Assembly: GCA_048885865.1 (NCBI GenBank)
Contig: JBHLLF010000047.1
Location: forward strand, 1 to 19,532
DNA from: Candidatus Hermodarchaeota archaeon
Lineage (GTDB): Archaea; Asgardarchaeota; Thorarchaeia; Thorarchaeales; Thorarchaeaceae
Length of the DNA: 19,532 nucleotides
Direction: 5' to 3'
A program made the position numbers and the translations under genes. This document shows, piece by piece, positions 7,282 through 19,200 of this stretch; the stretch's first letter is position 1; the number at the start of each line of letters is the position of its first letter. A model generated the notes under the pieces. The model made no database searches, had not been told where the DNA came from, and was given only the letters and a program-made list of their open reading frames with translations.

Positions 7282-10200
7282 ATGCCTTTGAGGAAAGGTA
7301 GTTTCTTAGCTATATTCTTAGTCTTGCTGTTTGTAGCACCCGCAAATAATGGACATTCACCGTTGGTCAATCCTGCATCAACCTACAGTCCATATGAGAA
7401 CGATGGGGACACGCCGTTTAGCTACTTGGCTGGAGATAGCATGAGCGGCTCTGGAGATCCTCTATCTACCTATGTATCTGGGATTCTTGAGAATAGCACC
7501 GCTGCACAAATTGACTCATCAACATCAGCTACAAGTTCTTTGTCAGTTCCGAACGGCTATACAGGCACCAGTTTGGATGTTGATGTCGATTCGTTATCAA
7601 TGACGGTGACGGATAATCTTCGCAATCCCTCCTTCACCACTTGGCATGATGAACGATGGCATGTAGGAAATAGTATCAACTTCTACGATGATATTATTGA
7701 TGTGCCTGATTCCTGGACTTTGGTGAAGTCCGTCAATTACGATGATGCCCATCCTCTGCATGGTGATTGGGAACTCAACGACTATTCCGGTGGTTATGGT
7801 GGAAGTCGCGCATGGCGATTTGAGGCAACAATTGGTAGTAGCGATCCACTCACCCCTGATGATGCAATTTACTTGAGTCAGTTTCTGCACGCTCCATGGC
7901 GCGACCTCTATGAGATTCGAATCAGTTTCTATTACTACGTTCTTTCCACCTCTGATATGTACGACCAAGTTCATCTATTCTTCAAGCTAGGTGATTTAGC
8001 CGAAGAGAAATTCAATGTCTTCGAGTTTGGTGACACAACCGACACATGGATTCGCGAAACTGTGACATACACATCAGCTGACCTCTCATCCGTGACGGTC
8101 CCTGATTCTTTGCTTTTCAATATTGGACTTGCTACCGATGTTTCTGGCCCGTTGGGTACATACCGAGAAGCCTTCGTATACATAGATGAAGTTGAGATAG
8201 AAATGGATGTGCGCCCATATCCTGAGCAAATAGGTCTAAGTGCTAACAATACAGCTGTGGTTGGGTCCATTGCTGGAAACTTCTCTACATTCGTTCCTGA
8301 TAACGACGGGCGTGACTGCTGGGACTACTCTACGCAAGGTATCGATTTGGATGGGTACAATAATGACGGTCGACCTGAGTTTGGTCTTTGGGGGACCTTC
8401 TGGAATACCTCAAGTCCATACGAGCTCGGGCTGCAGTTCCCCTTGGATATTCCCAAGGGTGCTGTTATCGAGAATGCATATGTCGAGATTCAATCTGCAG
8501 GTGGATCGGGAGTTGTTCAGGGAAGAGTCCACCTATCTAGTGAAATGGCCGGGGGTGGAGCTATCGAGTCATTTACTTACTATGACCTAATTGGAGGATA
8601 CCATCTGGAGGACACCTATACATGGTTGGCTGCCAGTTACGATTGGCAATTGTCTGCATGGACTAATGGAGTCCGATACGCTACTCCTGATATCGCGCCA
8701 CTGCTACAGAATGTGGTTTCTTCAGCTGATTGGTCAAGTGGCCAATATGTCGCTTTCATGGTCAGCTACATGTGGTCAACTTACTATCAATATTATAACA
8801 ACATCAGAGGATCTATCTATGATACCAACGACGCAGATGACAATGCTCGGCTTTATGTGTCATATCGAGTACCTTTGGCAGAAGATGTTGTATTAGTGGA
8901 CCGAGAGGAAGCTCGTCGGACTCTTAAGTACAAGAAGGACATAACTGTTGACTACACGAAGGTTGCTGCTGACCTCACTGATTTTCCTCTATTGATTGAT
9001 ATCATCGATACAGACCTTCATACTGATGTCTTTCCGGGTGGAGATGACATTGCTTTCATGGTAGATGGTCAATTTGTGGAGCATGAGATAGAGTTCTTTG
9101 ACCAGAATTATAGTCCAACAGAGGCACATCTCGTAGCGTGGGTAAAAGTTCCATTCCTATCAAGTTCAACAGACACAATCATCACTATGTTGTACGGAGG
9201 ATCTGATGCTCGGAGTCTAGAAACAAAAGGTGTCTTTGCTGATTACGAGATAGTCCATCACATGAATGAAGCGCCAAATGGAACGCTAGTTGATAGCTCG
9301 GGGAATTTGCATTATGGTTATTCAATTGGAGGCATGACTGATACACAAAGCGTAGCAGGAGCTATAGGAAGTTCAATCAACTTCGACGGATCAGATGATG
9401 CAATCACGGTTGGTCAAATCGACACCGATGAGTGGCCTTCTTTCACCGTTACTGGATGGGTAAGCCAAGACGTGGTTGGGGATGATCGTATCTTTTCCAA
9501 AGCGCCAAACACAGACGGAACTCAAGCTATAATTCATTTTGCAATTAATGGCGCCACCGCGTTCAGAGTTCGTATGAACACTGATGGCACGGGAGGTGGT
9601 GCCTCAGGTTCAGTGGACGCAACTACATTGACGACTCCAGGCAACTGGGTCTATTTGGCGTGGTCTTGGAGTGCAGCAACTGCGTCAATGCGTCTTTATG
9701 TAAACGGAACATTTGACAGGTCTGTGGCCAGGGATGGAGATACGGTATTGGATTCAATCCTTCCATTCGTGATCGGTAACTGGCAGACAGGTCCATACGA
9801 CAACCGTTTCTTCGACGGGAAGATAGACGAGATTCGGATGACACAGATGGTGTTGTCTGATGGCTGGATCGAAACGGAGTTCAATAACCAACTTGATCCA
9901 TCCACCTTCTATTCTGTGGGCTCTGAACAATCCAACGCGGCAACTCCTGATGTGACTTATGCTTCAGTTCAATTCACAACAGGCTCTTCAATCCCAGTAA
10001 ATCTCGGATTTACACTCGCCCTAGACTTCGAGGGTTTTGGAAAATCTCTTGATGAGAACTTCAATGAGGGAACTACCTTCCATGCTGTTAATGGTAGTAG
10101 CACTGTTTCATGGATAGCCAAGGTTTTGGTGTCCCCCCTCCCCAATGTAGCCAAGATGGAGGTCCAAATAAGCTATCCAATGACCGAGTGGCGGCCCACA

Positions 10201-13200
10201 TCTGTCACCAATCCCATAGGCGTATCAAAGAGCTATCCAGCTGATTGGACCTACACAGGAGGAGTACTGACTCTTCTGCCTGCCGCAGTGGATGTATATG
10301 GAGTCTGGACCTTGGAGTTTGAGGGGCTCAACTATCTGAGTGATTTACAGCTTGGAGTATTTGGCGGATCACTATCTTCGACCGCAGAATTCCAGACAAA
10401 CCATACAATGCAATTTGAAGGAACTTCCCTATGGCATGCCGGGTCGGCAACCCAGCTCTATCTAACGGATCCAACGGGATCTGCCTGGAGTACACCCATC
10501 ACTCATCCCACGGCTGGAAGTGACACCCATGAGATTCCGTCATTTCAATACAGTAAAGCAATCACCATTGATAATACGAAAGTATACGACGATGTTGTCA
10601 ACTTCCCATTCCTTCTAGATTTCACAGATGCTAATGTGGATGATAGGGCTCAAGCTGATGGTGACGACATTCTATTTGTTCAGAATGGGGTTGTCATTCC
10701 CCACGATCTTGTGGAATATACCGTAGCAGCAGGGTCTGCTCACATTGTAGCTTGGGTTCGAGGCAACTTGTCCAATTTCGTGGACACAGACATCACCATG
10801 TACTACGGTAACTCAATTGTTGGACCACAGGAGCAGCCATCAGCCGTGTGGGGTGAAGAGTATGTTGGTGTCTACCATCTGGAGGAATCTCCCACTGGTG
10901 CAAAAGGAGAGATACTTGACTCTACCACCTACGGAAACGATGGAACAACAGAAGGATCCATGAACTCAGCAGACCTAGTTGATGCAATGTTTGGCAAGGG
11001 CCTTGATTTCGACGAGATCGATGACTTGATACGATTAAAGGACGACGCGAGTCTGGACACTGTCGCAACTGCAGGAACTATCCAACTGTGGATTTGGTGG
11101 GCCAATGCAGCTGATGGTGAATGGCAGAATATCATGGATACGAGCAATCGATTCAATGGCAATCCGAATGATGGATTCGAATGGGCGCAACAAAATGACG
11201 GTGATCACTTCTTCTACCCGTGGGCCGGAGTTGGTTCAGATTATAATCTGGGAACGAATCCCTTCACTAATCAGCAATGGCACCATCTAGCAGTTACCCT
11301 CAATTACGCGACAAAGGAAGTGAAGATGTACGTAGATGGGAGTGCCATCACTCTTACAATTCAGCAGGCTCCAGTATTCTGGACTCAAATCGCAAATCCT
11401 GGAGATTGGTTATGGGGTGGTGACCCAGACCAGCCACTGCGATATTTCGACGGAATGTTTGATGAAATCAGAATTGCTAATGTGGAACGCTCAGCAGGTT
11501 GGCTATTCACTGAGTTTGTTAATCAGGACAATCCAACAGCCTTCTACAACAATATCGGGTCAGAGCAACCGCGTCAGATATACAACTCTACATTCGTGAA
11601 GGCTCTCGATAACACAGCTGCCGCAGGAGTGTGGACCGCAACTGCCTTCTTCAACGATTCTGGAAGCGCAGTCGATTATAGCGTTGGAATCTACGAACGA
11701 GAGTTCATTGTTAAGCATGATACATCATTGACATTGCAGGAACCAAGTGATGCAGTTGGAGATCGCCTTACTGTTACCACAGCAGGCGAGTGGATTTATG
11801 TCGAATATGAGCTGACTGACGATATCACGGCAGCAGGTGTGCCTGATGCGACAGTTACCTTGAATTGGACCGTGTCTGGTGCTCCGACTCAGATCACATT
11901 GGATGATTTTGGTACTGGCACCTATGGCAAGATGTTGAACACAAACAACCTAAGGACAGCTCAGCGATGGCGTGTCAATCTTCAATCCACCCATCAGTTC
12001 TACAATGATGCAACCGAGTACTTCAATGTGGATCTATACCATCAAACGAATCTCAATTACGGCGATGTGACAACAACTCCAGCTGATGTTGACTTCACCG
12101 CAACACTGACGTTTACAGACATATATGATGGTTCTCCAATTGTTGGTGCGGAAATAACATTGGATGGTAGTCCTGTGACCCACATTGACTTGGGTCAAGG
12201 GAAGTATAGCGTGTCCATTCCTACTGGGGCTCTCAGTCTAGGTCAACATTGGTACATCTTCAATGCGACGCTGTCGGGGAGCTATCTTGAGATGGCCAGT
12301 GTCAACATCACCTTCACCCTAAGGCAGCACTTCACCTCTGTCAATATCCAAGGCGACTTGGTTCAGCCATATGGTTTCAATACACAGTTCGATGTGATAC
12401 TCCTTGACCTTGACACAGGAGGTACTGTCCCACTTAGTGCTGTGAGTCAATTCTCATTTGACCCTGCATCCTATGGCATCCAAACTAGACCGGGGACTAG
12501 CTATAGCATCACTTTGACGACAAACACTTGGGATGTAGGTACAGAATCCGTGACTCTCACAATTACTATGGCTAACATAAAGTACGCAACTCCTCAGGCC
12601 TATTCCTTTGATATTACAATAAGACTACGCCATACTTCAGTTTCAGTCTCCGGATCATTTGTTCAGCCTTATGGCAATCTGACGCCATTGAGTGTGTACC
12701 TCTGGGACCATGATGCATTGGAAGTTGTTCCGATAGGCGAAGTTAGTACATTGATGTTCATGTGGCCGCCTAGTGATTCTGAAACTTTCAATAGTCCAAG
12801 CAGCTATGACGTTGTTCTTGACTCCTCTAACTGGGATGTTGGAAAAACCACTGTGACTCTTGTGGTCAATGTAGTGACAAGCGGTAAATATCTCAATCCT
12901 ACTAATTTTGTGTTTAACATTGAGATACGTAGCAGGTCTACAGTACTCTATCACGATCCATCTGACTTGGTGTTTGCCGAAGGAAGTGACTTCTGGATTG
13001 ATCTCCGTGTGAATGTAAGTGAGCCTGGGACTAGCTTCGGATCGCCTGTCACTGGACTCACTCAAGGAGAGTTTTCAATTACTGGTGGATATCTATTCAC
13101 TATTGATACAACAGAGAATGGAATTGGACGATACAGACTGACTATTCCATACTCTGAATTAGGACCAGGGATCTTCACAATAACTATCTACCTGTTTCCA

Positions 13201-16200
13201 TCGGATGCTAGTCATGGTGATGCACAAGTCACTGTTCGTTTCTTCTATGCAGAGGTCCAGACATCTCTTACATCACCCACTCATCCTCAGGTGACAACTC
13301 CTTTTGCCACTGATGTTCAGATAACTCTAAACTATACCGATATCGAGAGCGGACTCGGCATACCGGGTGCAACAATCACCAATACTAGTATCAACATCTA
13401 CGGGCTTGTTGACCAGGGCACAGGTATCTACACGCTATGGCTTGATGTTACTGGTCTTGCGGAAGGCACTCATGCATTCAGCCTAGGGGCTGTTAAAAAT
13501 GGATATGAGGCGCGCTCTCTCTCGTTCACAGTCCGAATTCGAATTGCATATACTTATGCGATTCCTTCTATTGGCGCTCTTGACATACCGATTGGCAACT
13601 CGCCTGTCTTCTACGTCGATTATTGGGATATTGACCACGATGTGCCGGTTGACAACTCCTCTGCACCATACACGCGAGTTTTGTCTACCTGGCACAACTT
13701 CTCTGTTGTCTACATCCCTGCTCAGGAGAGATATCAAATAACCTTCAAGACTTCAGATTCAGACTCTCTTCAAAGCAATACTGTATGCACCTTCAACTTC
13801 TCTAGAGGATCCAACTACCAATTTGGCATATTCACAATCACTTTTTCAATAAGAACTCACAACACTGATTTCCGATTAACAAGCGCAATTCAGCCAACAA
13901 GTAATGTGGGGACAATTAACATCTCTGTCTACTATGGGGATTTAGACAATAACTTCGGCGTTGATTCAGTTAATATTGCATTCAGTGTGGAAAATGTCAG
14001 CGGCACAGTAGTTTCAAGCAGCCTATCCTTGGGGGGAGGCTTCTACGTAATTCAGGTCGCAGCTGATCAATTCGGCCTAGGCGTTCAGACATTCACTGTC
14101 TATGCAGATTGGATGGGACCCTTTGCGAAGTACCAGAACAAGAACTTTGCCACAACTGCAAGTATAGTGGGACTAGAATCTGCTTATACGCTATATGAAG
14201 CATCAGCGCCCACTCCATATCTAGAAATCATGAGCTACAAGTTCTTCTATAGTGAGCTCAGTGGAATAGGAATAGACAATTTAACCGGAAATGTGTTCGT
14301 CTATGTTTCTTTCCAAGGCGAATCTGTAGACCTCAGTCAGGTGGCCATTTTCGATTATTCTCTAACTCAACCTGGCAACTACTCCATCCAGTTCAACACC
14401 TCAATCTTCGATAGAACTGGCATCATTAACATGAACGTCTTTGTCAATTGGTCAAAAGGTGTTGCACCATTCTATCAGAACCGAACTGACATTGTCACTC
14501 TGCGTGTTCTACCCCGTGATACATTGGTATCAGTCGTGCCTCCATCTCCGACGAGCTACCTGGAGATGGCCTCCTTTGCCTTTAACTACGAGGACATTGC
14601 AGGAGTAACTAGCAGTCTGATCTATGATTCCCCGTCACTCACAATATCGTCTAATGTGACATTCTCAGTATCAGAAACCGATGGGACATTTACTTTCGAG
14701 TTCAACACATCACAGTTTGGAGCCCTCGGAAAAAGGGCCCTGCTATTGGATGTGATTTGGGCTGGCTCGCCATTCTATTTGAACAGAACCGGTATCATAG
14801 TATACATCACTGTTGTTGAGCGACAGACATTTCTTGAGTATCTTGCTCCTGCACCAACTCAATATAATGACAATGTTCAGTTCAATGTCACATGGACTGA
14901 CATTACAGGTGGAGCGTCTGATGGCATTATTGGAGCGACGCTTGCGCTATTTCAGGGTGCGACTCCAATAAATCCCATTTACTACAGTTGGTTGGATATT
15001 GGCGGAGGCATCTATTCTGTTGACCTAAGCGCTTCGTATAATCCTCCAGGCCAATACAGTCTAAGGGTCGAGATGTCAATAGGACTCTTCTACATTTCAG
15101 ACTCAACTGTCAATCGTCAATTCACAATACGGGAACGCATCACTCTACTATCTGCAGAACCAGTCAGAGACGTGCCCTATAGCTCAGATGTCGAAATCAT
15201 CCTATATTACCAAGACCTATTTACAACTAGCTCAATATCCAATGTTACCGGCGCTGTCACCTTTGAGATTCTTAATCCTGGCATTTGGAATTTCGTGATT
15301 AGCTATAACTCTGTAAATCAATACTATCAGCTAAGTGTCACTACGTCCGACCATCCTGAGTTGCTCATTGGAGTAACATACACATTCAATCTTAGAATGA
15401 CCTACGACTCCATCGCACCGTACTATGCCAGTGATGGACTTTTCGTAGACTACGAGATACGCATAAGGGAATCTACCATTGAGCTGGACACAGCTCCAAC
15501 TTCCACTGCTTATGATAATGACGCAAGCTTTGCTGTATACTATGAGGATGCAGATGCACTAAGCGGAATAGCAGGCGCAGACATATCGGTATATCTCAAT
15601 GGTACTCAGCTAATTGAGAATACTGAGTACACCATGAGTGAGGGCTCCGCAGGGCTCTATCTGTTCGATGTGGACACAGGCGCATTGGCAGGTCTTGGCC
15701 TTAATACTCTGGTAGTTTATGCGAATTGGCTGGGCACTCCTTATCATGAGAATCTGACAATCAGTGTTGGGATAGTTGTACGTGAGCGATCCACAATAAT
15801 TGAGTTTACTCAACCACCAGCCAGAACCGAATACCTTGATGATGTGACCTTCAAATTTGTCTACAAGGACCTAGACACTGGCACTGCAGGCGGTACTCCT
15901 GTTCTTGGTCTCACAAAGACCGAAGTCCGACTCTATTATGAGAACGGGACAGAGATACCCTCTCCATATTTCTCATTGACCCCTGATGGCTCTGCGTATG
16001 AGATAGTCGTCAGTTCAGCAATTCTCAGTGCAGTTCTTGATAATGCCTACTCTCTGAGAGTGGATGTCGATTGGGACATCGGAACTGCACCATACTATGA
16101 GGATGATTCCACAACGCTCAGAGTCACAGTAGTGGGCCGGTCGATGTTTGTCGATCCTGCAACAATCGAAACCACTCCAATCACAGGTCCAGGCGATACA

Positions 16201-19200
16201 GAAACCATGTTTGTGAACTTCACAGTCAGTGATGCCAGCAATGGCAATCCCATTTCAGGAGCCATCATAGTTTTCACTTGCGTAGAACAGCCCATCTTCA
16301 TATATGCTCTAGACGAGCCCCAAGCGGGACAGTACTCAATTGAAGTCGATACTGCAAGTCTGACTGTTGTATATGGTCCCAACACATATCATTTTGAACT
16401 ACGGGTTCAATGGAATCCATCAATTTCTCCATACTACAGCAATCGGTCCGCAATTGTATTGACAGGAATCGTCGACCGTGTGCTGACGAATCTCCAAGCG
16501 GGAGCCCCGAATCCCGCAGCACCGTACTTTGGTCAAAATGTGTCGTTAATTGTCACCTACACTGATGAGGATCATTCCTCCATAGGTATTAACTTTGCAA
16601 CCATAAGTGTGGTCTATGATAAAACTGGCATTCCAGTGCTAGGTCTAGATGTAGTTGGCATTGGCTCTGGAGAATATAACATAACTTTCAACACTGGAGA
16701 TGTTTCCAGTCCTGGTTCCTATGTTCTTAGAATAACTGCTATGAAGACGGGTTATACATCTCTTGTGGTCCGACCTACTATAACAGTGCAGGAAATTCCT
16801 ACAAGGCTTGATTTGCATGAAATTTCATATCCAGTCTATTGGAGGAATACGACCAAAATTGGGGTTAACTTCACTGATACCTTCAACAATCTCCCCATAT
16901 TTGGTGCAAACGTGTATTGGAGCTATAAGAACTTCACAAACCAGCCATTTACAGACATGGGAACAGGCGAATACTATGCTGATATTGATGCAAACATTGA
17001 TAATATCGGTACATGGGTTCTGACAATCCGAGCTACCCAGTCTACCTATCAAATAGCGACTGCAACAATAACTCTCGTTGTTCTACCTCTGCCTAGTGAC
17101 CTGCAAATCAGAGAACCAACTGAAGCTGTTAAGGATGTACCACGTGGTGATCCTGTAAACATTACGGTCTACTTACATGATGTATTCAACAATCTGGCAA
17201 TAGAGAAAGAATATGTGGACAGGGTCTACATCTTATTCCAAGGCTCCCAGTACGAAATGTATGAACATAGTAATGGCTCTGCAGGCTATTACCAAGGGTT
17301 TATTCCTGGAGCGATAACAGGAGTGCTTACCCCTCGTGCATATGATGTGCGAGTGACAGCTCAATTCAGAAACTATGAGCTCGCAGTCAGTCAGTTTGGC
17401 ATTTACATTCAACAGACAACAACTGTGGTTCAGATTTGGGATCACGATTTGTCGGAATTCACAGATGGGACCATCTTTATTGAAGCTGTGTATCTTGAGG
17501 AAGTGAATTTCACGCTACAGGTGACAGCTCCCTCGCTAGCTTTCAGAATAAATGAGTCATTTGTGAACTGGTTTGAATCCAGATGGAGCATAAACTATAC
17601 TTTCACCTTCAAAGGCAATGGCATCTTCGAATTGATGTTCAACACCTCAGAGGCATCATATGGTACTTGGGGTCTTACATTTACCTCAATTCCAGATGAC
17701 AAATTCTTTGCTGAAGATGCTCTTCTTGTGACATTAGTTATCAAGAAGATACCTACTGAGGTCCTCCCACCCATCATGACAGAACGGATTTGGGGGTGGA
17801 AGGGTAATCTTAGTTTCTACTACAACGACACTCACTACAATCGAGGAATTAGGAATGCAACGGTCACCTATGATTACTATACAATACAAGGCCTCCAAGG
17901 AATAGACCTTGGCAATGGATCTTATCTGATATATATCGACACTACGATTCTTATCCCAAGTCCGAATCTGAGATATCCTATTCTAATCGTATTTGATCAT
18001 GAAGGCGACTATGAAAGTAGAACAATTGGAGTGCAACTTACTGTGCTAGAGGTCCCGACTGAGATACTAACATCCATTACTGGAGCGACAGGTGGCTTTA
18101 TTCAGGAGGTTCGCGGCGTTAGATATTATGAACTCCAAGTGGCATTCGGTGGAGATATTGACTTCGAGTTCTTCTATAATGATACCGATAATTCAGATGG
18201 ATATGTTGGTGGTCTAGCTGGCTCAAGCACAAACCTGACTGAACTCTATGGGGACAATATGGATGCTGTGGTACCATTCTTGACAGATATCGGAGATGGG
18301 AGATATACTTACGCTTTCAGCACCATGAGTATATGGCTGTTCAATCGGATTGGTGGAATTCCTGGAGCGAGTCCAGACAATCCTTACACCTTCCGAATCT
18401 CGCTTTGGATTGCCAACAGAACATATAGGACAGTGGAGATTAAGATAAGGATTATTGAAGTACCTACTTCCATTGATGTCGTGGACTTCAATTTTGACAT
18501 TGGATATGGTTCCGAGGGCCATATTACTCTTCAATATTGGGATGAATGGAATAATCTACCCATAACAGGCGCAAACTTGACTGCTAACACGCTTAATCGC
18601 TTTGTCGAGATTACAGCAACTGCGGAAGATTCTACGCCTGGACAATATACAATTCGTTTCATTGGTAGCGCAGGATTGCTGGACATATTCAGGCAGGAGC
18701 AAGAAGCAACCATTGTCTTTGATATATACAAGGATAACCATCAACTCCGAAGCGAAATTGACTTGGATATTAGCCTTATAGCCCACGTTTCACTCACGCC
18801 AATGGAAGCAGCGATTAGTACCTATGGATTCTACCTCATACCCTTGAGTATAGTAATGATGATGCTTCTTGGAGCCTACGTGAGGGTGTGGAGTGTACCA
18901 AAGAGAATCCGGCAGATAAATGGCCAGATTAAAGCAATACGCAAGGGCAAGATACCCAAGCCAATTTCTGATGTTCTGAGCAGGCAGGAGCTAATTGCCG
19001 GCCTCTTCAATGACACCTACCTCGAGCTGAAATTGAAAAGAACTCCTTCACAAATGCCTGAGGAGTCTATCGATATAGCTGTGCCCGAGATGGGTGAGCT
19101 GCTAATTCAGTTGGCAATCCTCACCAACCTAAGTGCTGAAGAGCTGGAGGAATTCCAGGCTGACATTTCCAAGATGCGGATGAGTGAACAGGCCGCCTTT

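Noticed and set aside
7268-7300. GGCAATGG...TGCC resembling the start of a fluoride riboswitch
   Set aside because: The downstream CU(A/G)AUG pseudoknot element is absent, the stem is only 4 bp, and the gene context does not fit.
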